In this document: positions 14,249 to 26,582 of the stretch, piece by piece
Position numbering within the stretch: position 1 is the first letter of the stretch
Layout of the letters: each line of letters begins with the position of its first letter
Assembly: GCA_965235115.1 (NCBI GenBank)
Contig: OZ249436.1
Location: forward strand, 26,476,001 to 26,536,000
Direction: 5' to 3'
Source: Laetmonice hystrix
Lineage: Eukaryota
DNA: 60,000 nt
The notes under the pieces: generated by a model
What the model was told of the DNA's origin: nothing
The model's input: only the letters and a program-made list of their open reading frames with translations
The model's database searches: none
Program-made: the position numbers and the translations under genes

Positions 14249-16097
14249 TTTATTAAACAAACAAAATAAGTGGATGCATGGGTCATCAATTCCTTGTTGT
14301 ACGTATGATCATTTTATACTACATGTATTTATATAATGAGAAGAAACGAAATAACCACACCACACCCTACAGGTTATAAGATTATACATTGTAGTTTTCA
14401 AGGAGTTTTCAACAAGGTAGTGCGTGATGTATGGTTATAGAACCTACAAACGTTTACCTTGCAATATCTTCATCAGACAAGGAATGAGTTATTCACCCCC
14501 AACAAGGAACACAGATAAAACATTTTATGCCACGATGATACATGTATTAGTATTGTCAATCCAACGACGCACATAAAACTTGGCGAATTTAAATAGTTGA
14601 TATTCTTTATAGCCTCAATTGTTTTTAATCATTTCAGTGGTTTGAAGAGACTTTAAAAAAATATTGATTATCTAGTACCTCTTAGAGAATAACCTTACTA
14701 TCATTTCTGTGGTACCTCTCGGGGAGAGAAATGGCACCCCAGCAATATATTCCTTGCGAGTGACGGGCCAAGGGGTTTTCCCTACGATTGCATAATTAAT
14801 GCAACGAGCCAAAGGTGTTAGTAACTTCGAGCCGTCCCTAGCACTTAGAGATCTGTTTATTACGTCGCGTCTAATGTGTCATTTCCCCTTAATTGAAGCT
14901 ATAAAACACCTTGAAAACTAGAAACAATAGTTTAAGGCAACACGCAATCGATAAGACAAAGCAAACTAGTCCGACTTTACTGAACGCTTCGTACCAGATA
15001 AATCCCAACAATGTAGTCGTATACCGCTCTGTCGCCTTTATTTCATGGCATTTTAGATGTTCATAATATTATAATATTACACATTTTTCATATATAATAT
15101 ACATCCAGTAATATTTATATTAGTATGGTCAATTCCAATGATGATTAAAGACTATATATACACAGATAGTTCACACAGAGGGAGCAATATCACAGATATC
15201 TTTGATTGCATAGAGTCAAAATTCATAACTTAAACACCAAACAACGATAGGTTCACGATTAAGACCGTAAAGGTAGACAATATTTCAGCCTGCTATCTGA
15301 AACAAAGGTACATTGATCACTTACAATTTTTGTTGCGTGTTCTGGCCTGATGAGTGGAATTTTGATATATCTGAAGGGAATGCGTGAAAAATCTGGGCAG
15401 AAAAACTCAAGATCATGGTTAAAAGTACAACAAGAAACAACTTGTGTAGGCCCAAATTGAAGAGTTTCTTTCAATACGGTCTTCTTGAGATATTTAAAGG
15501 CCACAGAGGCATACCATATTCCCTGATTGGTCTTCCGTGTAAGACAATTATAGATGCGCATGATAAAAACAACATACACAAACATATAAACAAGTAACTG
15601 ATAAAATTAAAAATTAAAAAATAAACAACTAAACATAAATAATTATGTAAACCAACAACACTGATAGTTTTTGTAGAATTAATAACAAACAATAACAGCA
15701 AAAACCCCAACCATACATATATCTGCATGTTGGAGAAAGATATCGACGGTTCAACAAAATCTCGTTGTCCATGGTGTAGCTATGGGAACTGATGAAGTGT
15801 CCACAGCAAACGGAAAGGCAGTCAGCAGTACTTGAAAGACATGTTCATAATATACATTGAAACATAGGTAAATATTGTAGACCAAACGGATACGATAGGA
15901 ATGGTTCTCGGTTGTCAGGAGGTATGTAAATATATGTATATTATATTATATATCCGCACTCGTCTTAAAGTTTACCGACAAAATTCCAAAGTTGCCGAAC
16001 TTGTCAGGAGCTAGAGATTTGAAGGCTTTCTCACAGAGAATCCCTGACCAAATACGAGGTTGTTTGCACATTGAAAAGGAACATCCCACGTTTCTGC
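14249..16097 (-). other. Probable 3'UTR of the K2P gene with candidate AATAAA signals (~15040, ~14858, 14254-14249)
   Basis: AT-rich stretch downstream of the stop with no recognisable transposon ends. The AATAAA at 14254-14249 is followed by T/GT-rich sequence. The true 3' end cannot be determined. Confidence 0.45.
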
Positions 16098-16637
16098 CTA
16101 CTTAATATCATCGTCATCTTTCTCAATGATACCAATTTTCTCCCCGACCCATTTGAATTTTGCGACTATCTCTTCTTGAATGAGCGAGAAGCACATGGAA
16201 ATAATGGCCATTCCAAAGAGCATATAGACGGCCGAAAGAATCATTTTGTACTGGTCCGTAGCATTTTCGAAGTTAGCTGCTCCCGGCACGACGTCGCCGA
16301 AGCCAATGGTTGAGATTGTCACGAAACAGAAGTAGGAGGCTTGCAGTGGCTGCCAGTTCTCCCACACCCCAAACAACAACGCTCCCATGAAGATGTAGAA
16401 GCCAATGATGGCCATTGTGATTGTAAGCGGCACGCTGATTCGTTCGTCTTCGTCTTCGTCATCGTCTTCGTCGTCGTTGAGAACGACTGGCCCGCCCTCT
16501 GTGGGCGGGAGGCCACCCTTCTGCTCGGCGTAGTCCGACTTCCAGGCCTCGGGTGTGGTGCGGCCCTTGGCTTCGTCCGAGTTGATAGATTCCACTTTGT
16601 TCTTATCTTTCCTCCGACAACATCCACAACAGCAGAC
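16098..16637 (-). CDS. K2P channel coding exon 3 (M2-M3 loop, M3, P2, M4, C-terminus)
   Basis: Acceptor TTATCTTGGATAG|GTC, then VCCCGCCRRK...ERISVPLTITMAIIGFYIFMGALLFGVWENW...SYFCFVTISTIGFGDVVPG...YMLFGMAIISMCFSLIQEEIVAKFKW...DIK-TAG. The spliced CDS is 1287 nt (~428 aa if started at the CUG). Confidence 0.97.
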   Translation of the reverse strand, partial: VCCCGCCRRKDKNKVESINSDEAKGRTTPEAWKSDYAEQKGGLPPTEGGPVVLNDDEDDDEDEDERISVPLTITMAIIGFYIFMGALLFGVWENWQPLQASYFCFVTISTIGFGDVVPGAANFENATDQYKMILSAVYMLFGMAIISMCFSLIQEEIVAKFKWVGEKIGIIEKDDDDIK

Positions 16638-16867
16638 CTATCCAAGATAAACGTTGAAAGCGGGCTTCACGTTTAACATCTGGTACTCGCAATCGATATC
16701 AGTTTTAACCGCGATGTTGAGATTTGTTTTTTCAATCCCATTGAGGGAACATATTTGCATTTCATTTTGTTTTTATCAAACTGGTCAACTTCCGCCGAAC
16801 TCTCCTGTTTGCCATTGAAGGTTTGCTGAACATGTGTTAAGGAATTATTTTCCCACTAAACACCTAC

Positions 16868-17010
16868 CTTTGAATAGACGAACCTGAAAACGTCTGCCAT
16901 AACGTCACCAATATTTGCAAGGAATAGCAACATCAACGGGATTCCTAAAACAGCGTAGGCCATACAAACCAGGCGTCCCCAGAAGGTTTTTGGAGCGATG
17001 TTTCCGTAAC
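16868..17010 (-). CDS. K2P channel coding exon 2 (end of P1, M2)
   Basis: Acceptor CCTGCAG|GT TAC GGA completes TTIG-YGNIAPKTFWGRLVCMAYAVLGIPLMLLFLANIGDVMADVFRFVYSK. Donor is AAG|GTAGGT. The 143-nt length keeps phase with exon 1. Confidence 0.96.
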
Positions 17011-18889
17011 CTGCAGGTATTAAAACCAAATGGGCCATCTTAACGGTAAATGTAGGCATTAAGAATCACACTAATACTTGTCCAGACCTAACATAGAAAA
17101 TATAGCAATTTCTAACAATATTCTGAGTGCCCCGCGGTGCCATTTGTATTGTAAAAAATAGGTAAAATGATATAGTTTTAGGCTACTACTGCCCGTGATG
17201 ATAGAGCAATTAGGGGCCTTCAAAATGTTGGTCTTAAATTATATCATGATGGGACATGCCGTTTTCAAATCAAACTCTAATTCAACAAAGGATTTGTACA
17301 AGTAAGATGTGCCAGACTGAATACACACCATGGAGCTTCGCTTCCACATATTAAGACACATTATTACTAGTTCACCTTTTGGAGCGATACTTGGTAGGCC
17401 CTATTCGTCTTAATGCATTGTTTGTTAAATGAGATCAATTTTCCAATATTCCAAAAGGCTTTGGAAATTAATTGAGAAACTGAAGACTCTCCACACATCG
17501 AATTAGCATAACTACACTTTAAAAAGTGACCGACGAAAACAAATTTCCTGCAGAGAATTCCCCAATCACATAAAAAAAAAAGTTTAAATTTTATTGCGTA
17601 ATAATTAAGGGCTTCATGAAGCGTCCAACTCGTTTGACAGTGTTTCGAGATACGGTATTGATGGTGTAACGTGCCTCGGCTCCGACTCGGGCATATTATC
17701 TGGCATACTAGCGTACATGGACTCCGTCGTCGTGCAATATCCACTAATTTTAGCGACAGGCGGGAAGGTCTATCGCGGACAGGTGGCACGTGGACGACCG
17801 CCTATTATGTTTTGGAAACTGCGTTTAGGGTAGGGTCTATCCATCTGGTATTATGATAGGCTTATATTATACGACAAAGCCTCATTGCAGCAACAGCAAC
17901 CCCCTAAAGATCCTCACAGCACATAATAAAGTTAAGGTTCAAGTTGATCCAGACAGAGAGACAGAGAGCCTGGGAATGAGCGACACGGCGTAAAACGCTA
18001 TGTCAGCAAACAGCAAAGTTTTACTATTTTATATTGCATCATTCTCGCCTTCCTTGAGATACCTGCGGTGAAAAATCGATAGCTCGCTGCCCACCGGCAG
18101 GGTGAACCTGTTTATAAACTGCTCGTCCTGCCTGTCTGGGGTCGACTACACCCCCCCCCCCCCTAACCGCCCTACCAGGTAACAGTCTAGTCTAGAGTGT
18201 CTTCCATGTCCCGGCATAATCTCACCCCAATGGCCCAGGAAGGGTAACGCATACATTTGCTTTAATCAATTAAACATCAGTGCCATGGCTATATGGTCGG
18301 AGGGCATGTCGTTGGCATGTTGAAGCAGACTCGACTCAGTGCAAACATTAGAGTGAATCACTAACTTAATACCTCGATCAATCCACCAACTGTCTGTGTC
18401 TTTGGGGATGAAGAGTTGCTAGATTACAGTCTGGTTGCTTTTGTGGTAGAAGAAGAAAAGTAGAAGATGGGTGTTTTAGGGTATTTAATAATACAGTTTG
18501 GGGGTTAAGTTTGCCTAAATTACTTGTAATGAGATTTATTTGTGCTCTAAGGCGTCCTACATGTTGACATACTCGTTGAAGCTCTGTAAACTATGATATC
18601 TAAAAATAATATACAGGTACTAGATGAATAAAGATCGCATTGAAAATTCACTTGTACATGTCCGAATGAAGTCTCAATTGCTGCAAGCCCTAATGGGCTC
18701 GAGGCGCAGCCGAGATCTTATCTAGGACATAAAGCAAGAAAGGGTCAAAAGTGACATAAAAGTCACCTACTTGCAGTATCTACGTTACTTAAGTCCGAGT
18801 TCTGGCATGTATACACGTATTAGAAGTGGCGTTCCCCGAGGAAACCAGAATTATGTCAAACACGTGATCAACGTAGATGATTAAGCTAA

Positions 18890-19566
18890 TACCCCCATCA
18901 CACTAGAAGGCGATCTAGCTGCGCTCTAGAAAATGGGCCAGATCGCCGTAGAGCGTGGATAGAGTGCCTTGAGGTCCTTCTGAGCGTCATAGGAGCGAGA
19001 TAGTGTCTCCCTGGATCGTCATATGGTCACCATGAGCGCCATTATAGCGGCGACCAATTTTGAACATGCACAAAATTTACGCCGCAGGGTCGCCGTGGAT
19101 CTAAAAGCGCAGATAGATCGAAATGCGATCACCATCAGCGTCCTAGGAACGCAGTACCAGCTTCCTGAGAGCGCAGGTCGAGCGCCAGTGAACGGTGTAG
19201 CATCGGCCTTCCCGTCCCATGGCGCTGGCCCGGCGCTCTTACCACGCTGCTACCGAGACCTCGGTGACCCCTATGAGCCCTTTACAAGCTCCGCAGGGTG
19301 CTGCCGCTGCGCTCATGACGTCAGAGCTGCGTTCTTGCTGCGCAGTGAGCGCAGTGTGATCGTATAGGACGTGGTAGCAACGCCATATGACGTGGTAGGG
19401 ACGGCCTAAATTGTCCGAGAATTGCCTTTTGTCCACGTTGTGGCAGCAGGGTGGGTGCGGCATTGCAGTCACATTTGGAGGGGTTTTCCGATGTTGACGG
19501 CGACCAACGGCGATCTGCTAGGTCGCCGTGGTCGCCGTTAGGTCTTTATCCGGTGTGATGGGGGTA
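18890..19566. mobile_element. PIF/Harbinger-type MITE
   Basis: 14-bp TIR TACCCCCATCACAC / GTGTGATGGGGGTA. TAA TSD on both sides. GC-rich interior. Confidence 0.88.
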
Positions 19567-19636
19567 TAAGCAGTAACGCCGTATACTCGCGACACCGAGA
19601 TGAGACGATTACACAACCTGAGGTTACATGTTACAT

Positions 19637-19655
19637 GCATGATTGCATGTGTTTT

Positions 19656-19754
<99 letters not shown>

Positions 19755-19795
19755 TTCTCTCTCTCTCTTTCTCTCTCTCCCCTCTTTCTCTCTCG
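19637..19795. repeat. (CT)n microsatellite
   Basis: Direct inspection. Confidence 0.97.
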
Positions 19796-21475
19796 ATGAT
19801 TGCATCGACCTGAGCTGTTGACCTGAGCTAGAGGGAGGGGAGGGGGCACCTTACACGTTGGTCTATCGCCTATCGGTCACGTTTTCCATTGTCGAAGTTG
19901 TTATTTATCACGTGCCATGGCAGCTTGCCCGATGTAACCCCTTTTAGTTAACCCTGATTTCCCTCGGTCCATTCGTGTCTCGGTGCTTTCATACCAAGGC
20001 TGGTCTTTAGGTGAGCCTTCGTAACCTGATTGTGAGGCTGAACACGTTGCCGCTTACCATGTCGGTAAACAGGTATAAATGCCTTGTCCCAACGATTGTC
20101 ATTAATTTTGGCTTGCAATAGAACTCGGGTTACCTAAAAATGGAAATCGATAATTTCGTTCTGGGTTGGTATTCTTTGGCAGAGGAGCGAGTATTCGATT
20201 GGCAACGTTCACATCCATTGAGGTCCATGGAGGAATTTCAATATCAGATTCACTGTCACTCACATTGACCGCGTAGGAAAGATTTATAATCTTCATCAGT
20301 TTATCTTTCAGCAGATGTGATGACTATAGGAATTGGTTCTATATCATAACAATACCCCTTCTTCGTCGGTAATATTTCCGCGAACGGTCCACATCAACAA
20401 CTAAAACATTGGGTGAATATTCATAAACTCCTACAGTGTTGCATAGTCTTCCCTTCAAACGCACTAGCTTTTTAAACACACCTTTTTTTCAGACCTGACG
20501 ATTCCAATGGCATTTTGCTATGATAGAATAGAGAATCAAGCAAAAGCTAGATATCGCTCAGGCGATTTTTAATAAAACAAAACTATGACCATGCACGTAA
20601 TTAAGGCCAATATCTAGGATTTTTGCAACAGGGTCAAGTCTGAACGCTCTATGTAATAAAAGGTGGAAGACTAGTGTCAAGGGGGTGTCTGACCCCCTGA
20701 ATCCCCCCCCCGCCTCTGCAATTTGTATATTGTGAATCAGGAGTTGCCTCTGACGTTGACATGTGGCACAGGGTTTTATTACCATAAATTGCTTTGCCAG
20801 CGGATACTGACGCCGACGTGTATATGAGCCCCTCCCCCCTTACTTCCACAGCACAGCTCTCAACAGATGAAGTGTGCTGCAGGGTGGGGAAAAACAGGTG
20901 GCTTCCGTGTCCAAAGTAATTAGTATCCCGCTGGGAACATTTAACATGATTAAATACAGCTTAACGATACCGTACTGCTGGCTGCTAATGCTGGCATAGT
21001 TTCTTTCCCCAGACAAACAGGGAACACAGAACAGTTTCCTATGGCAAAACGGGATTTCTGGTCAAATAAAGCTACTGTGAAAGGTGCATTGTGAAAGGAT
21101 GCCTATTCGATCAAAATATATAATATAGTTGCTGCTACTTTGATCTACAAACTATTAACATCCAGAAAGATTGGTACAGCTCTAAGCTGAAAGTTAACTA
21201 GAATTGAACTATACCCCACAATGTCTGCCGTGGAGTGTCACTCGCAGGTCTAAGTATTAATCTGCATGACGTTTGAACAGATAGCCACCGTGTAATATTC
21301 CTGATGTTGCGGAATTATGCAGTTACAGTGTTAGGGAGGGGGTCCTTACGTATCATTTATTGACCGGCGTATTGGTGTTAGAAGTATTGTGAACGGGTGA
21401 CATAATTATTTAAGCCCATGTAGCTAGTCCTCGAGAAACATGAGAGCATTGTGAGGATCATTACATGGTCGGAAA

Positions 21476-22033
21476 CATTCGGGATTCCCTCGGGCATATG
21501 ACGTCATATCTGCATATACCCTCGGGTAAAATGGGCGCCATTGGCAACCAGGTACATGGCGAAATCGACCTGTGTAGCGAGGCACTGAGTGAACCGTCAT
21601 ATCCCATCGAGCCAGAAAGTAGTGCATTATTGAAACCTGCTTCTTGGCATTGTATGTGCAAATATATATTTTGTGGTATGAAGGGGAACGTTTGGACTGA
21701 CAAAATCAATTACCTAATTTATCTAAATGGGCGTGATACGGTAATTTATCAAATTATGGGAAGCAATATGGCCGCGCCCATGAACGACAGCACCACGACA
21801 GATGGTACGACTACTTGTATCATGAACATGATACTCTCGTAATATTCCCACTGACTATGGTGAAAACACTGGAGGCCTATTTTAGTTGCTTCCATGCCTT
21901 ATGCAGGCAAAATACTGCAAGCACTGCCATGCTGGCGAGAGTCCCAGCGAAATGTACCCGCGATGCAATGCTCAAAATGGCGCCTATTTCACCCGAGGCT
22001 ACTTTCGAAGATATGGCCGAGGATTCCCGAATG
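21476..22033. mobile_element. Mutator-like MITE, copy 2
   Basis: TIRs CATTCGGGATTCCCTCGGGCATAT / ATATGGCCGAGGATTCCCGAATG. Perfect 9-bp TSD GGTCGGAAA (21467-21475, 22034-22042). Confidence 0.9.
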
Positions 22034-22042
22034 GGTCGGAAA

Positions 22043-23330
22043 TGAAGATCACATATTATTTGCGTGACGTAACACACACGTCACGTTATGTCATATTACA
22101 CGCCATGTGACGTTATACATGACACCACGTGACGTTATACGTCACGTTATGTTATACGTCACATCTAATGGTCGGAAGTGAAATGGTTTGCTATTTATGA
22201 TAGATAGTAACTCTAGCCATAGGGCGTTTAAGTATGTCACGAGAATTAAGGAGATTTCGCGTTAGCGGGACAAGAAGTAGATAGCCTCACTGGTTTAGCA
22301 TTGCGATGGTCATAGGGGCCACAGTCAACTAAATATTTTCATTCTGCAGTCAAGCCACTGTAACTATTAAGCGTTACAATACATGATCGCTGGGATGATT
22401 ACTCCAGGATAAAGTTTGTGTCATAGTTTAGATAGTCAGTTTGTGAATATACAGGCTGGTCTTTGTAAACCTGCCGGCCTTGTCAATGTTAATCCTATGG
22501 GTAAATTGTTGGCGTCACAATCGCTTGGCGCACGTTTGGCGCTACCGTGAACTGGTTTGAGGTTATTTAACGTCATTGCATATATCTATACACTTCAAAG
22601 GGCTTGTGACTTCACATTAGTCGCTGTCACGTTACGTCACATATAATGGTCGGACATGAAAGATCTAATATGATTTCCTATTTGTGTTTTATAGTTTAAC
22701 TATTATAGCCGTAACTGGTACCGTTACCTATAATATTATATAATATTATATAACATTATATATAATGACCATATCACCATATGACTGTAACACACCCAAT
22801 ATAATTATAAATTTCAGGCAGATACACTACTTTTTTTCTCAAGTTATCATCACGCGACGTTATACGTTTAAAGATCACAGTCATATGATTTTCTATTCAT
22901 AGGCGTGAGAACCAGGGGGGGGGGACGGGGGCGACTCCCCCCTTGTGATCCAAGCAGGGGGCCTAGACTAGGCCGTAGCCCCTCATGGAAAAATTATCTT
23001 CTGATGCTATTCGTCTTATACAGTAACTATAGCCGTAACTGGCACCGTTACCTCGTTAAAGACACTTTTAAAAGAGGCTGTGTGACGTTGTGTGACGTCA
23101 TGTTACTGATATACGTCACGTTACGTCACTTCTAATCGTCGGAAATGGAAGATCACGTATGATTTCCTATCTATGTCTTATAGTTACTACTGCCGTAAGT
23201 GTGTGATGTCATATAAATGGGTTCCATATTTAAATCGGTCCGCCATATTTAATTATAATCACTGTATCACTATTATCGAATTTAGCCAGGCCCCGAGTAA
23301 AACACATCTCATATAAATTTCAGGCATTAC
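22043..23330. repeat. Old diverged ~450-500-bp repeat with GTCACGTTACGTCAC / TAATGGTCGGAA / TAACTATAGCCGTAAC motifs
   Basis: The motif block recurs at ~22140, ~22625 and ~23115. Confidence 0.55.
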
Positions 23331-24614
23331 ACTCCCCCTCAGGTTATCGTGTTGACAGCAGAATGTGGCGTACTTCTGCCATGGCTAAGGTCAAACCAGT
23401 CTGAAAATAGAACACCGGATGGGAAACCTTTTCCTGATATGGTATATCAATTTTCGTTTTATTCTCACCAAACGTGGCCGAATTATATGAAAGTCAGAAA
23501 CTCCGATTTGCGACTAGATACAAACCATGATTTATGGTGATAACTATATTGTGTGGTCGGCCAGGAAAGCCCTCGAACAGTATGCGGAATGTTACTAAAA
23601 TATGACCGCAGGGATAATACATGGCTATTCATAGCAACATACAGGTGGAAAGCTCAGGGATCTTCGCTTGATTATTCAACAAAGCAAAATTCGCATTATG
23701 CCCTGAGGTTGGAAATCTTTAGTTTAATCAAAAGTGATCCCATTAAAAGTAAGTCCTGGCATGTTAGCAATATATAAATCATCCTTTGAACAACATAATT
23801 TCCGTCTAAAAACAGTCATTATCTAAAGGTTGGCCGTCTCATTATCAGGAAGCAATTATTTTATTCCTTCGTCACCATAGATAATTTCCCTTTGTATGTG
23901 TGACTCTCAATGTGTTTTAGACAACTCCCGGGGGTGTTCACACTAAAAGTCATCGACAGACTACAATGGCCGACCGCGTCAATCTGTAACTGTGGTTACC
24001 TTTGTCTTTAAAACATAGTTTTAACCCTTTACTTCATCGTAGCAGATTTGGTTTTGGTTTTGGAAATGGCACAGGACACATCCCATCCATTTCCAGTCGT
24101 GCAGGTCGCCTTAAGCACGGGGTCATACTGCAAAATACTCTATTGCCCACTGGGAGGGGTTATACGGGGACGGTGGCTAGGGCCTGATCCACTGGCCCGG
24201 TCGGCTGATTTGGTCATTTCACCGTTATGATTGGCTGTAAAATAAAAAATCGCGAATACATGATTTCATGTATTCGAATATATTTTTCTCTACATCAATG
24301 CATTTTTAATTTGTGTCCACCCGGCCAACCATACCAAAATCGGCTGCCAGTAACTGTTGCCAGCTCACCCCTTCTGGCCCCTGTCGGCTTATTGGTTAAG
24401 GATGATCGAGGGTATTTCTCAGCTGCCAACTTCGGGCTCTGCAGCAGCAACAATTTACGACATGCAGCCTATCCATATTTTATAGGATTTTTTTTCTGGT
24501 AAAATTCGTATACATTACTTCTCAGTAACTGTAACGGTTACACTCGAATTGCGAACCTACTACCGTTAACTGTGTCTATAGCATGTTTGTTTAAGGTAGA
24601 TGCTATTCTTTAAC

Positions 24615-24787
24615 CACTAGTGATTAGGACCCTATGTGTACCACATGACTGTAGTGATTCGGAACCTATATACCCCTCCTGCCTGTAGTGATTAGGAACC
24701 TATACGCCACCCGCCTGTAGTGATTAGGACCCTGTATACGCCACCTGACTGTAGTGATTAGGAGCCTGCATACGCCACCTGCCTGTA
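24615..24787. repeat. 33-35-bp minisatellite (continues at 25994-26026, 26351-26442 and ~32531-32565)
   Basis: Unit approx. GTGATTAGGACCCTATATACCCCACCTGACTGTA. Confidence 0.9.
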
Positions 24788-25992
24788 TTTTTCTTTTGAA
24801 ATGCACGGGCATCAGGGGTAACCCAATTACTTTGACAATGTCCCTAAAGAGAAAAGTTGTATAGTCCTCTACAGGAATCGAACCCAGGCCCTAAGATTAC
24901 TGCACCCATTCGCATAGCATAAGGTGTCGACATCCATGCCCACTAGGCCACCGCCACTCCCCTAAAAAAAGGAGCTTTGGTGGTCAAGCAGGACAATGGA
25001 CCCTCCCCCCTACACACATCTTTTTGAAATGAGACGGAATCCATATTTTTCCTAGTTAGAGCTACACATGATTTCTACCGAACATTGACTGTTAAGGTAA
25101 TCCTGGCACTGGCGTAGACTGTATTTTTCTTTTGAAATGCACGGGCATCAGGGGTAACCCAATTACTTTGACAATGTCCCTAAAGAGAAAAGTTGTATAG
25201 TCCTCTACAGGAATCGAACCCAGGCCCTAAGATTACTGCACCCATTCGCATAGCATAAGGTGTCGACATCCATGCCCACTAGGCCACCGCCACTCCCCTA
25301 AAAAAAGGAGCTTTGGTGGTCAAGCAGGACAATGGACCCTCCCCCCTACACACATCTTTTTGAAATGAGACGGAATCCATATTTTTCCTAGTTAGAGCTA
25401 CACATGATTTCTACCGAACATTGACTGTTAAGGTAATCCTGGCACTGGCGTAGACTGTATTTTTCTTTTGAAATGCACGGGCATCAGGGGTAACCCAATT
25501 ACTTTGACAATGTCCCTAAAGAGAAAAGTTGTATAGTCCTCTACAGGAATCGAACCCAGGCCCTAAGATTACTGCACCCATTCGCATAGCATAAGGTGTC
25601 GACATCCATGCCCACTAGGCCACCGCCACTCCCCTAAAAAAAGGAGCTTTGGTGGTCAAGCAGGACAATGGACCCTCCCCCCTACACACATCTTTTTGAA
25701 ATGAGACGGAATCCATATTTTTCCTAGTTAGAGCTACACATGATTTCTACCGAACATTGACTGTTAAGGTAATCCTGGCACTGGCGTAGACTGTATTTTT
25801 CTTTTGAAATGCACGGGCATCAGGGGTAACCCAATTACTTTGACAATGTCCCTAAAGAGAAAAGTTGTATAGTCCTCTACAGGAATCGAACCCAGGCCCT
25901 AAGATTACTGCACCCATTCGCATAGCATAAGGTGTCGACATCCATGCCCACTAGGCCACCGCCACTCCCCTAAAAAAAGGAGCTTTGGTGGT
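24788..25992 (-). mobile_element. Tandem array (3.6 x 336 bp) of a tRNA-headed SINE-like unit, subtype 1, insertion A
   Basis: Near-identical units start at 24783, 25119, 25455 and 25791. Each has a minus-strand A box TGGCCTAGTGG and B box GGTTCGATTCC. Confidence 0.85.
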
Positions 25993-26026
25993 TGTGATTA
26001 GGTCCCTATATACCCACCTGACTGTA

Positions 26027-26350
26027 TTTTTATTTTGAAATGCACGGGCATCAGGGGTAACCCAATTACTTTGACAATGTCCCTAAAGAGAAAAGTTGTA
26101 TAGTCCTCTACAGGAATCGAACCCAGGCCCTAAGATTACTGCACCCATTCGCATAGCATAAGGTGTCGACATCCATGCCCACTAGGCCACCGCCACTCCC
26201 CTAATAAAGGAGCTTTGGTGGTCGAGCAGGACAATGGACCCTCCCCCCTACACACATCTTTTTTTTGAAATGAGACGGAATCCATATTTTCCTAGTTAGA
26301 GCTACACATGATTTCTACCGAACATTGACTGTTAAGGTAATCCTGGCACT
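26027..26350 (-). mobile_element. Single near-full unit of the tRNA-headed element, insertion B
   Basis: Same sequence, flanked by minisatellite CTGTA | GTGATTAGG. Confidence 0.85.
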
Positions 26351-26582
26351 GTGATTAGGACCTTATGTACCCCACCTGCCTGTAGTGAATAGGTCCCTAT
26401 ATACAAATGTAGTGATTAGGAACTATACCCCACCTGCTTGTATTTTTCTTTTGAAGTGCACGGGCATCAGGCGTAACCCAATTACTTTGACAATGTCCCT
26501 AAAGAGGGTCTAGATGAATCTCTAAAGGGTGCTAGGACACTTAAAGCATTCAAGCACAATCTTAGGAAATCTCTTATTAGTA

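Noticed and set aside
16470..16500. TRESK-type calcineurin-docking PxIxIT motif (GPVVLND)
   Set aside because: The hydrophobic spacing does not fit the consensus.
24866..24958. Functional tRNA gene cluster in the 336-bp array
   Set aside because: A and B boxes are present, but the acceptor and T stems do not pair and no clean anticodon arm can be drawn. This is a SINE-type head, not a tRNA.
24783..25118. Hammerhead ribozyme (retrozyme) in the repeat unit
   Set aside because: The closest motif is CTGATGC (not CTGANGA) on the minus strand, with no stem II/GAAAC arrangement seen.
24615..26442. CRISPR-like array (short repeats separated by inserts)
   Set aside because: Eukaryotic context, degenerate repeats, inserts that are copies of one element rather than unique spacers, and no cas genes.
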